DNA of 61,273 bases, filler included, from Sphacelaria rigidula (Eukaryota), in the NCBI GenBank assembly GCA_964200075.2. It is 5 parts of 5 records of this genome, joined end to end, with 100 filler letters (N's around TTAATTAATTAA, not from the genome) between each part and the next. Parts side by side here need not be neighbours in the genome. Positions count along the whole stretch, not along the records: positions 1 to 12,176 come from CAXNAA020004040.1; positions 12,277 to 24,451 come from CAXNAA020004041.1; 3 more parts are not named here. One strand, written 5' to 3'. The first letter of the stretch is position 1. Each line of letters begins with the position of its first letter. Below, in pieces: positions 1-12,438 of this stretch. The notes under the pieces are model-generated. The model searched no databases and was not told the origin of the DNA. It saw nothing but the letters and a program-made list of their open reading frames with translations. The translations under genes were made by a program, and so were the position numbers.

Positions 1-3000
1 GACCACCATCATGGGTACCGCAAAAAAGAACGCAAGCGCACAAAAAAAAGCGGTATCCTGGTTGCCTAGCTTACGTGGTGAGTGACGTGTTTTATAGCGT
101 CATCGCCAACCGTCGCCAACCCCATCGGGGGTCCGGGGGGGAGGGGGGGTAAATTTCAAGACAAATTACTTGATTTTCTTTGTTCTTTTGTGTGTCCACA
201 GAAAACGCTATCACGCTGCGCCCACAATGGCGGTAGATATCTGAGCATCCGTTTCATCTCAGCTACAGTATATTTTCCTCCGACCATAAACGTGCACCGC
301 TAGCCCGACGTGGACCATGTGTGTTTTCGCTCAGCAGCCTAACTAGCTCAAATCGGAGCGAGTGCTGCTGCTGGTACTTGCTGATGCAGTACAGCCAGAT
401 GGAACGTGCCGAAAGAGCGCTGCTCCTGTCCTTTGTTTCGTATTCCAGTCATCTACGATCACGTCTCGGAGGGCCAGGATGAGGATGGAGAATGACTTTC
501 GGGCTCGTGCGAATACCGATATCTTGTGTCGATGCTTACCCAATTTGTGTGATGTAGTTGGTGGAACTCAGTGGGGGTTCGTTGAGAACGTCCATTTGAT
601 TCTTTACACACATTCTCGTGTAAGAGTGATTACACGTTTGATCAATTTCGTTGATTCCGCTGTGTCTTGTTGCTGTACGGGGTGTTAACGAGGGTGACCT
701 TATCGCCCCCGCAACTGCGCACCGAAGTCGCAGTGTTTTTGTAGTTTGGCCATAACTAGTGTTACTGATGGAGCTGCCTACTCTTCTCTGTCACCCTTCT
801 CTTTTTCGCGTGACTCTGCATTTGTCGATTGTGTATGTGCACCAGAAAGTATATCGACAGTAAGTGTTTTGACATATTTGCATTTTCCCTGATGACTCTT
901 TGTTGCTTCGCTGGTATACCCTTTCTCGGGGGGTTTCCTCGTCCGAGTTTGCGAGTCAGTGGCGTGTTTTTGAGCGTGGGGGAGTACGAGCTGCAGGTCG
1001 CCACTGCAGTGACGAACCCCCACCAGAGGCGTGGTAGTTTTTTTTTGCGTGGTTACACCGGAATCTTCTGTCTGATGACCAAAGGTCTGAAGTAAAGGGC
1101 CAATATGCTCGTTTAACATAATTGAAGCATATTCCCGTATCGATCTTTGGCCCCTACGGTCATCATCAACGTTCAGAATCAGAGGAGAAGTGCTGATGGT
1201 GCCGAGATTCAGCCGACACCCTGTTATGTTGACGTGCAATGGGATCGTATCAACGTCATACGTACCCGAAAAGTCGTTGAAATTCGAATACGAAGTAAAA
1301 GGGAGTTCGTACCTTTCAAGCCCACTTTGTCGCACTGAAGCCCAAATATTCACCCCGACTCATGGAGTAAGACTATGAAACTTTGCACACGTATACTATG
1401 GTGATTTCAAAACTTTCAGGAGTGGGTTTATTTTTATTTCTCGCCGGTTTTCGGGGGTCCAAGAACGGCATGTGATGTCCCGAAATCGTCAAACATCTCG
1501 GGACGCACGATTACCGGCCGAAAAAACGATAAAATAAATGTCGTTCCTGAAAATTCTCGAAATGCCCTGCACTGTATTTTTGCAAACTTTTTGATTCTAC
1601 CGTAAAGAATCGGCGTGAGTATTTGCGAATGAATGATTTGGGATCGGAAGCGTGAACCAGCCTGTAGTTGATTACACGTGCATTTTGGATTTATCTGAGG
1701 AAACCTTCAGCAGTAGGGGCTTTCTGCTCGGGGATTTTACGTGCATTCGTGTGCTTCGCGCTTCCGTTGTGTGTCCCGTTCTCTTAGCAGACCGTTGCCT
1801 GCTCGTGACAGCGCTGACCGGTGTCGGCCGTGAGGGTCATTCAGTCACCTGCATCTCAGAGTGCTTGTGTTAACTAGATTCGTTGACAACGGTGTTGAAC
1901 TGATCGCGGTAGCTTTGACAAACATCATTTTCCAACCTTGCGAAAATGTTTCATGTTGGACGAGGGGCTCCATATCGGGAAATGACGGCACCCCCCTCCC
2001 CCCCCCCCAGGTCGCCTGCGCAGGGTATACCGAAACGGTAGGTGGTAGGGGCACGTCGAAGCAAGTAGAGAATAGCATGTCGGTTGAGGCAAGGAGTGGC
2101 GAACAAACGAGGCGACGAATGGGGTGATCTTCCCCGTACAACACCATTATTGGCATATACGGCTTTGCAATTTGTTGGAAGTGAACCGGCCCAACTCACA
2201 TACTGTGCAGCCAGTACAGTCCAGCACGGTACTGTTTGCACTGTCTGTACTGTCTGTACTGCCTGTACTGCCTGTATATCGAATGCAACTAAACAAGTAC
2301 CGCTTCACGTAGATTTCATTTGGAAACTGCCATTACCGCAAAGTTGGATACTCCTTTTGGCCACACCACGTCCAAAACATGTCCTTTTACAACCTTTCCC
2401 TGTCTTGTGTCGCAGCTCAGTAAGATGGTGACATGTATATGTGTTGCATGAAGACGGCCGTCTGCCCAAACGCGGGCAAAGTACGTGATCATGTTCAATT
2501 CACACATTGTACATATCTGTAACATCACAATATTTTCAAGCCGGCTGCTAACACCGCGTAGTCAAGTTACAGCATGTACATTTCAGTCGTTCACTAGCAG
2601 CACAAAACTACTCGTCGTACATCGCCCTCCCCAGCATGGCGGCCGTAGCACGGCGATAGTGCTACGTCGGTAACCACCGGTCTTGCCAAAGCCAGCGCGT
2701 CTCAACACTCATTATCCAGTGATCACCGCGACTCAAAAATCATTATCCGGCGATCATCGCGGCGCGAAAGTCATTATCTATCCGGCAAATTTACTCCCCG
2801 ATGGCCACAAGAACAAGTGACACTCCAAAACTACTTGGTTTTGAGATGCTGACGTCGAGGCGAACCCTTTCGACCAGAATATGCCAAGTATATGTTGACT
2901 TCTCAATGACCTGTTTAGCAGCAGTCCATGTTTTCTTCAGAAAGCAGCATGATGAAGGTGTCAATGCTCTCAACTGCACGAATCCGTCGCTGCTTCCGGG

Positions 3001-4439
3001 CCCGTGTCTGATGGATTGCATGCAACAAGTGCAACCGCCATGCGCCGTGTCTCGACAGGTAACAGAGTCATACGGACCGCGCAACAGTACCTCCTCTATT
3101 GTGTGCTTGAGCAACCCGCTCGTCATGAAGCAACGGGAAAATACGGCCTCAACATAAACAGTAGATTTTTGTCAATTCGCAGAGGAATGGCGTCCTAATC
3201 TTCACTGTTTCTTTTTAATTACTCAACTTCTCGGTAAAACTGTTCAATCCACTTATAACGCCTCCTTCCCCCCCCCCCTCTCCCCCCTCTTCTTAGCCTC
3301 GAAAGGGGGTTATCGTGATTGTCCTGTAGGTGGAAGTTCGATTCTGGTGGTAGATAAAGGCATGATGAGCTTGATGGTATCGTAAACCATCAAATAGCCT
3401 CCTTACCTATGCGATGAACTGTGAGTTCGGTAGCGCCTCCTTTTTCGTGAAAACTGAGGAAGACCTCGTCAACATGATCCAATTTTCCGATTTACTTTGC
3501 ATCTCAGGGTATTTTCGTGTCTACTAGCTTGCTGAGGTTGAAGGACTCATGTCATGGGGCGTTGTATAATGACCTTGATAACCCAATACTCATGTTCCAA
3601 CTCTAGACAAATAGTGGTACTCCCAATTTTCAGTCGTGTAGGAAGAAGTCCCGCACCGCGCGCGTTGATAGTGACTACGGTAGTGGTGCTTTGACGGCAT
3701 CTTGTTGATGTGCCAGCAGCGACTCGGTGAGCGGGTATTTGCGGAGAAGCGGAAGCACGTGCTATCTAAATCATTTACGGTATTGGACCATCTGAAACGT
3801 GCGAATTTAGGCTCTCGGCCCACAACTGCGAGACCAACTTGCAAGGCGTGTACCGGGGAGAGATGAGTTGATCCCCTGAGCCGCGGACTCGTCCCCGAGA
3901 AAGGGGAGGGACTCAAAATGTGACGAACAAAAAGTGCCGACTCGTATGTTTGCTGAGAGGCATACCGTTGTCGTGGTGTCGTGGAAATGGCATGGCGACT
4001 CTTGCAGGCTCAGCACGCCCCATCCCTCGCTCGTGAAAGTGAACCAAGAAACGCGGGACCTCCGTATATATGTGCTGCTGTGCAGTGGAGCACCACTCAC
4101 CGTTTTAGTTGCCCTTGTTCAGGGACCGATCTTCCTGCCGGTTAACCAAATCAACCTCAGAGCTAGCGCTAACCCTGACCTCAATGAAGGGGCACCGTGA
4201 AGCTTCCGGCATTGCAGGGTTAACCCTACCGGCGCTGGTGGCACGTATTGCAGTGTGCGCCGATGAGCACGGCGCTTGCGCGCCTGGCATGAATGTTACC
4301 CTGTATGTATGGAAACTTTGGCCCCCTAAATGCAGGGAAATGAGCATTACCAGAACGAAGTAAGAAAAGCGCCTAATATGGTAAGCACTCACGGATTGCT
4401 GCTTGCTCTGTGTCCGTGCACTTCGTTGGCCTCTTGCAG

Positions 4440-7400
4440 ATGACTTCAAGTATGCTCCAGAGACAAACGCCAACGCTATCCTGTTCGAGGAGGTATGTCC
4501 CGCACTTCTGAGTACTGTATTCGGTAGTCAGTGATTGCCCCGACCGTCCGGTTTGATAGTTGCGCAACGACAACGTTGATATTTCTCATTTTCTTTTTTT
4601 TCGCGTCGTGCTTTCAACCATTTCTTTCCTCGCAACGAGTTCGTAGTCACGACGTATCTAGTCACGTCTTCCCTGGTACTGCTTGCCTTGCACTTTTTTT
4701 ATGAAGTATTGGTTCAGCACCCACGCAGCCCGTCAACTGCCATCGGATTGCCCGAATTGGTGTCCATGCACCACTTAACCCCCGGGGCGCGTCCGTCAAC
4801 AGCCCTGATTTAAAAAATTCGGCAAAGCAGGGTCGGATTTTGATTGGCAGATGGCGAAAACCGTAAAATTGCCCCGATCATTATTATCGTCGCAAATCAC
4901 GAATCGAGAGCGAGCGGTATTTTCTTGTCCCTTCTGTTTCACCGGATCAATGCCTATCGATGTTATGCCCAGGTGTGTACAGACATCCTGGAAAAGATGC
5001 GCTCCGCCAAGGGCACCGACGGCAGACTAAGCCTGCTCACGCCAATGTGGAAAAGGGTCGGGAGGCAGAGCACGTTTCCCTTGCTCCGTCTGTTGCTGCC
5101 GCAGGTACTTCTGCATTGTTGTGCATCTTGTTTGCGATATTTCTCGTAGTTAAGCCTGGAGGAAATCCGGTATGCATCGGCGCATTGGAATACGCGTCAT
5201 CGAGAGTGCAATTGTTTTTTCGGTTCTGTTGGGGCGACTCCACTCTGTTGCTGACGATTCAGAAGTATGTTCGCGCGCATGATCGCAGTCTCAAACGAGG
5301 CGGGTAGACCGCCACCTCCGACCCTAGAGGTTGCCGTTTCGGGTGAAATTCCAACGATGTTGAGTTTGGCCAGATCGGAACATGTTACAAACCGTGTTGG
5401 TAGATTCACGGGCTGAGAAGTTACCTGCGAAAAAATCCATGTGGTGCGCCTTTGTGTGACGATTAGTCCACTGGGTGGCATTAATTGAAGGTGGTATGTT
5501 GAAACTATGATGAGTACAGCGGCGTTCGTCTGTCGTTTGCCTCACGTCCTTACTGATCAGCTCGACAGTGCTCGCGCCACGTACGGCATCAAGACAACTA
5601 AGCTTGCCAAGCTGTTCGCGAAAATGTACTTCAAGGACGAAAAGTCTGAGAGTTACCAGAGGCTGATCCACCACACGGAGCCAGCCAAAAATCCTTCACC
5701 TGTGAGTGGTATTTCCTTCCGTGTAGAGCCCACACTAACGCTCTCTGTGGTCGCTCCGCGCTTCCTCCCGCATTATTTTGTCCAAATTGCACCGTAGAAA
5801 ATATTTCTTACATGCTTGTGCATTAATTATCCCAAATGGTGCGGATTACTATTCTAACGAAGATACTCCGAATCGACGAAGTTGACCTACTACCGCTGCT
5901 GTGCGTGCCGTGGCCCCCAGGGTGTAGAACGAAAAACATTGCGGACCGTATCTGCCATTTCTGTCAGGACGTTCCACCATCTGTGAAACGTGCAACTGCG
6001 AGACACCATAGCACTATCGCGCGATCATGTCAAGTCCCCAGAGGTTGAGCTCGTCGCTTCGAGATGGTCAAGACCCTTGCTCTTTCCGCCGGCAAGATCA
6101 TGCGCATTTCCCCACGATCTCTTGCGGTGGCAACGACTCCCTACCACCGACGCTATTTTCCACAGGATTCTTCCCCTCCCATCATGGTAGCTGCAGATAT
6201 TCTCCCGTTTGTGCAAGGATATTACCTCCGCGCTAGTCGTGATCAAGTGCAAAACATCTGCCTTCCGCTGTCTCCTCACATTCCGTCCCGCACCCGCGCC
6301 CACGGTTCTAGAGTAAAGAGTGGCAGGTGTGTGGAGATTTCCCACTAACGCTGGAGTACGTGCTCCAGACCAGAGATTGTCTCGAGAAGTCCTCGTGTAC
6401 GCTCAAGGAGGTACGTACGTGGTCGGGCACTCAAATGCGGAGTACGTACGTTATGTCGCTATATCTTATTGAACACGGTCTTGACATTTTTCAAGCATGT
6501 GAAGAAAAGAGCATTGATGTTTTATTTCTTACGGTCTTTTTTTCTTCCACAAGATTTTGACTACTTCTTGTCCCATGGTTATTGTTAGGGGTTGTGATAT
6601 CCATTTTCTATGGTTCCCATTGGGGTGTCATTCTTCAAACGCGGGTGCGTTCCAAACGTTGTCTGTAATTCCGTTGCCTAAAGCGCATACGACGCTGAAC
6701 AGGGCCACTCAATTTAGAATACAGGAGAAGTTGTGATTGTGCCAAAACCCCGCTATGTTGACGCCCACTCCGTAAGCATTAGCTTGTCCCGGTTGGCTCT
6801 TTTCTGTTGCTGTTTCTCCAGGTGAATGATCTTCTGGATGAGCTGAAGAGAGCATCGAACGACGACGCGCGCAGAATGGTTCTGGGAAAATTCAAACAAA
6901 ATTTCAGCCCTATGAACCTCAAGTGGTTGTCCAGGGTGAGTAACAGCTGGCCGCCGGCGAAGACAAGTGATTATCGTTGTCGATGTAGTGAAACTGTCCG
7001 TCACGATATGATTCGTTCTCGCAGTTCATTTGGTTGCGCGTCACAGTTGAGTGTGGGCAATTGCTCCGATATATAAGTCCAAGTGTACGTGTGCCGGCAG
7101 ATAATCCTCCGCGATCTAAGGATCCAGTTGAAGAAGGACACCGTGCTGAGAAGAATACACGAGGATGCCCTGGACGAGTACAACAAGACCACCAGGCAAG
7201 TGTGTCTTGTCAAACTATGCTCCAGGTGGAGAATGTGTCGCACGTTTGAGGAAATACCATGGGAGCTGCTCCGCGCACGTGCTTCGGGCAAAAGATACAA
7301 TAGGCACCGGTTTCAACAGTCTAAAACTGGAGGTTGGCGCTGTAGCAATGCCGTTGGACCTGATGCACGATGCATGCCGATCGAAATCACGACCTTTGCG

Positions 7401-10400
7401 CGCCAGCGCAAATAGGTTCAGGTATTCTGTGGAAGCAAATAGCCACCATTGAGCTCTGCAACGTAGATTGGGGTCGACTGGCCAGAGAACGGACAGTGTG
7501 AGAAATAGGAATTTCGTCGCAGAAATGAGGGCGATGCCCTCCCGTCTATGCGAATTGTTAGAATCAGGTATAGCTTCCGCGACAAACAACGAACGGCTGA
7601 TGTTCAGGCACACAACTCCTAGGGAGAAGCCTAACAAAGGTACAGTACGCCAGAGGCTCTTGTCATGATGAGGTAGTCAGGTGCTTTGGCCGATCACATG
7701 GCAGATAATGGGTCGGATGGACTGAGTGAAGGCTGAATTTGTTCTTCTCCCAATATTACTCAAGTGCACTCCACCGTTTCGCTTTCTCTCTTTTTGTACG
7801 TTGCAGTCTGCGCAAGGTGTGCACGATGGTTGTCGGGCGACACAGCTCCCTCCGTTTCCACTCGGACCTGCAGGTAAACACCAAATTCAGACACATGGCA
7901 AAGTAGAAGTGCAGCGCCACAGCGATTATGATTTGCGGCAGGTTCGGCGTATGTCGCGTATTGTCTGGAGATGCAACACCGATTTTCGCATGCCGCAGAA
8001 GGCGATAGCTGCTCAACAGATGTGGGAGAGCCCACGAAATGTAATCATCATGGTATGTCTTCTGTCGTAGCAATTGATGTAGGGATGATAGCGCTCGGTA
8101 TTTTTGGTTGTACTGCAGATGACTGAGCGAACGACGTCGCAGTGAGTACGTCATTGTCCCTAAGCACCTGCGTCCACACTTGAAGGAGATACACATTCTG
8201 GGGTTCGGACGTTTGTGCCTTCGTTTTTTTTTGGTTTAGAACGTCAACTCCGAATTTTCATAGTGCTGTCGTGCATTGTACTCGGAAGGATCTGACGCAA
8301 TTTTCGGTGGAATCGGACGGTTTGTGTGCGGATCCCAGATCACGATGGGTTGACATGGTCCTCTGTTGATAGAACTTCGACACCTCACCCGCTGGCTGTT
8401 TTAGGATAAAGGTGATTGTTGAGTCGACGCTACAACTACTGTGATTGCGGCTCGGGTTTTATGCAGCCCCAATTATCATACCGGCGTGCGTGATGCTGCT
8501 CATTTTGTTGCTCCAAAATGTCAGCCTGTGGATCTTGTTTATCCTGTTCCTGAAGAACGGCAATATTCTGTCAAGCATATACTCGTGGCCCTCGTTGAAC
8601 ATATATGTATGTGCAAGGTCGTAGATGCTGCTGGATGCAATCTTATGCCTCCTTTATCTACTGTACGCCTGTTGATTGATTGATTAATTGATTGATAGAT
8701 GCTGCTGGATGTAATCTTATGCCCCCTCGTCTACTTTACTTCTGTCCAATCAGGTATTCACCAGTTTTTTCCCCATGCTGGCAAAAAACTTCCACTACGA
8801 CGTGGGCAGAATCGTTCCCAGTTTCCAAGGGAGGCCGTTCTGTATGGACGTAAAGCTGGACGGAGAGCGGATGATCTGCCACAGAGAGGGTAACCAGGTA
8901 CGCCGCACTTGCTCCTTGTTAACCCGGGTATTGTGATTTTCATCACCCATCTATCCTGTAGACGTCTGGCGTTTGACGCTTAGTAATTAGGGGCTGATTT
9001 ACGAGTTGAAAACGTAAAATGGAGAGCTTCGAGAACCCTTCTTGTTGTGAGCGTGACTTTTGCCAGCGCATATCCGTTTTTGAGTAGTTTCGGAGACTCT
9101 TACTTTGTCCCTCAATGTAATGAGTCTCTCGGGTGCTGTGTAGCGATAGAATGAGTTTTTGCAACTCTCATATAAGTCCTGCCACTCACCTGCGCTGCCG
9201 TTTGTGGTACTGATCTCTCACCCTTCGTTACGTTTAGGGGCTCAAGAGTAAATGCAAACTGATTAGTGTCTCAGAAATGGAGAATAAAGTTGCTCTTTTA
9301 GCACCACTCAATTTTTAGCTCTGCTGTCGCGCCACCCAGCTACTTGGACTCGAGTACGTTCCCCCCTACCAGTACACACGCACACCCTCCCGTGGGCGCG
9401 CATACACACCGTAGTCCATGGTTTGCTCGTGCCCTCATCTTGCCTTTGGCGAGACCCGTTGGTAAGTTTCAGCTCCCCACAACCCGTAAGACGTTGCACC
9501 GAATCACACGAATCCCGTGCCTCGGACGTGGGGACGGATTTGGTGATGTTGTGTGGGTGGGTCTCAGAGTGGAACTTCGACCTCTTTCTGGCGGCGGCGG
9601 TCATTGTGCAGATCAAATGGATAACCAGGAATGCAAAGGACTACACGGATAAGTATGGCCCGGTGCTGGACCCACACATCATTCGAGGAGTCAGTGCGCA
9701 CAAATGCATTCTTGATGGCGAGGTGAGTAACTGCATGCAAAAGCTTCCCCGGTAAGAAGGCATTGGTGACCTTTGGTACAGAATATATGAACAAGATAAA
9801 CGCTATGAGCCACGTACCATGTATCTTCATAAAAGTGGATATTTGAGACTCCTTGTGGGTCAACTCATCCATCGAAATATAATGAGGCATTTGGGCTCAC
9901 TGAATTCGATAGTCTTCTGCTCTGGTAAACAGATAGGAACAGCTGTACCTGGACACTTTCGGAACACAAACAGGTACGTATGTACCGCAATACAAAACAC
10001 CCAATTTCGGACATGGGATTGACCGAAACAGCCGCATAGGTGTCCGTGACGAGTGACGACAAACGTCGGGGGAGTACCTGTGCTGGGAACATGTTGACCG
10101 TCTACTCTGTCCGTGCACGGGTTGCCTATCGCGGGAGAAGTCCGGAGCCTAATCTGCTCCGGGAAAACTTCGGCACAAAGAAATGCCCCACATTTGGAGA
10201 TCGGAACGAATGTGGTCGGGCTTCGGGGAAAGCATCGCACCCTGTGGGAAGACATCGAAAGTGCGTAGTTGTCCCTCCATTTACCCCTGAATTTCGGTTG
10301 CTTTGTGTGAATTACGTGGACGTCAACAGGAGCCCCCCCCAATTTCTTCGGTAGCATACGTACCCGTTTCGTTGGCCCCTTAAAAGAAATGTGTTCGCGC

Positions 10401-11588
10401 ATGTGCTTCGAAGATACACGCTGCATCAAAGACTGCGACTTGTACGTGGCCTGCGTCTTGCATTGGGCATAGGACCCTGTCGGGTGCAGTACCCTAGAGG
10501 GATATACATCTTCCGTGTGAAGCTCTGTGCGATACTGTGCATATCAAATTTCCATTGGCATGTTGAAAACACGGTTGTAGGCTTGCGACTTTCTTTTTTC
10601 AGGTATTTTCATCATGTTTTCTTTGTTTTCGTTTTTCATGTTGTAGCCTTGTTTCGCCTCTGGGGTCATACTGCAACAAATTTTTATGGCAACCATTGGT
10701 GGTCAGGCCAGCCACTGAGCGGTGCGGATGCCTGCGACATGCAACTCAGCGTACATGCATCTGTTTGAGGGCTTATGTTTGCTTCTTAAACTAACTTAGG
10801 TGGTGACGTGGGATGATGCGACGGGTAGCATGGTCCCGTTCGGGTACAACAGGATGTACGCGAAGGAAGAGGTTGACGGCGCAGGAGACGGTAAGGGTTG
10901 GATTTTGGCCTTACCATGTATAAGATACGAACGATTGAGTTTTTTTCTCCTCTTGTCCCATCCAGTCTCCTCTTTTCTGCACGCATAAAGTTGAGTGCTG
11001 ACTCAGTTTCAGCACTCGCTTTTTGTAGTGCCCACTGATGTTGGTGGGTAACGCACGAGGGCGCAGAGGATGGGTGCCTCATGAGTTATTTCAAGAGTGA
11101 TAAATCCGTTTTTGACTGGCATAGACATTGTCTGCTGGACTGGGTGGATGGCTGAATTTTGACAAAGTTGATCACCTTCCCTGCACAACTGTTCCCCGTA
11201 AACAAGACGCTGTCCTACATCGACCGGTGTCATTATTTACGTTTTGTCACACGGTACATGAAAATATGTTGCTGTCCCATGCTCAACCGTTGTACTCCGT
11301 TGTACTCCGTTGTGGTTATTCTTCGCCTATCTCTTTGGCCGTTTGTCTTTTTCCACCGCTCATATGTGTTTGTGTTTGTCGTTCGCCTCCCCGCGCAATG
11401 ATCGTGCGTTGTGTTCGTGTGCTGATCCAGGCACTCGATGGCTGTGCTACGTGGTGTTTGACATCTTGTATGCCGATGGGAATGGAGAGGAGGACAAAGT
11501 TGTGATGGATGCGATCGTCAGGGAGGCGGCTGAAAACAGTAGAGCGCCGTGCGCGCCTGGACTTTCGCTGAAAGGCGGCAATCTCACG
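4440..11588 (+). CDS. LIG4: DNA ligase IV (NHEJ ATP-dependent ligase), partial: N-terminal DNA-binding domain and most of the adenylation domain; start exon and 3' part not identified
   Basis: Eleven phase-consistent exons: 4440-4492, 4973-5104, 5561-5701, 6312-6410, 6822-6935, 7101-7195 (GC donor), 7807-7873, 8754-8897, 9612-9722, 10800-10890, 11431-11588. The spliced product has ILFEEVCTDILEK, FPLLRLLLPQLDSARATYGIK, GDFP, VNDLLDEL, KWLSRIILRDL, PMLA, motif I KLDGER (8853-8870), TRNAKDYT, motif III CILDGEVV and motif IIIa YVVFDILY. The LLLPxLD..R..YGIK and KW..RIILxDL blocks are characteristic of the LIG4 subfamily. Confidence 0.9.
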
Positions 11589-11801
11589 GTAAGTTTTTTC
11601 TTCCTTGAGTACGCTACGTTGTTTACATCTGGCAGCAGTGTCGTTCATATTCCTATTGCGGTACGTGTACATGTTTACATCGTGTGTGCTTTATTTGCGC
11701 CTTCGATCAGAATAGGATGTAGACGTGCGGAAGAAGTCTTTGCCGCAGAGGGATGCTGTGTAGAAATTGCGGGTGTTGCTATATATATATATATATATAT
11801 A

Positions 11802-12086
11802 TTTCCTTGACGGAAGGAGGAAACCCAACCCAACACTTACCCCGCAAGCGAGTTTCGCAAGCGAGTTCGTGTGCCGATTACTCGAAGGTTTGGCTTGACC
11901 ACCTTGCGGCAGTCATGTGGGGAAGGTGCCTCGAGCGGGGCTCAAGGCAATGCGAGGGATACTCCCACTAAAACCCACTATCAACTTCCTGGAGGGCGGG
12001 AATATTTTTGCTTTAGGGTGGTGATTGCATACCGCAGGCCTTGCGAGGTGCAGCGGCTGAGAACGTGTGCTTATGCGGCAGGAAAA
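11802..12086. mobile_element. ~285-bp non-coding element sitting inside a (TA)n microsatellite; partial second copy at ~19850-19930
   Basis: Flanked on both sides by (TA)n (11780-11801 and 12087-12105), with short inverted termini TTTCCT/AGGAAA. Its first ~75 bp (ttccttgacggaaggaggaaacccaacccaacacttacc...gcgagttcgtgtgccg) recur in contig 2. Confidence 0.55.
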
Positions 12087-12176
12087 TATATATATATATA
12101 TATATTAACGACGACGACGATCGCCTCCCCAACATGGTTATGCGTGGAGTGATGTTCGACGGGAAGACGAAGGCAG

Positions 12177-12276
12177 NNNNNNNNNNNNNNNNNNNNNNNN
12201 NNNNNNNNNNNNNNNNNNNNTTAATTAATTAANNNNNNNNNNNNNNNNNNNNNNNNNNNNNNNNNNNNNNNNNNNN
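12177..12276. other. Artificial scaffold spacer N44-TTAATTAATTAA-N44
   Basis: Exactly 100 bp and identical to three other spacers; the core places stop codons in all six frames. Confidence 0.98.
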
Positions 12277-12438
12277 TATGTCCACTTATTCACTGAAGGG
12301 AGGAAAAGTTATTTTTTTCATCCCGCCGTAGGGGGGGCCCCCCAAAGGGCCCCCCCCCCCCCCCCCCCCCCACTTCACACTTCCGACATCACCATGATGA
12401 TGTGAATATAAATGGAACGACGTGTTGTAATCGCGCAG

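Noticed and set aside
449..496. Possible terminal or 5' exon after a pyrimidine-rich acceptor (IYDHVSEGQDEDGE*)
   Set aside because: Too short to assign and cannot be linked confidently to LIG4 or another gene.
778..1353. 191-aa minus-strand ORF
   Set aside because: Non-ATG start and no recognisable motif or splice support.
12221..12232. TTAATTAATTAA palindrome recurring every ~12.27 kb
   Set aside because: Assembly linker, not biological.
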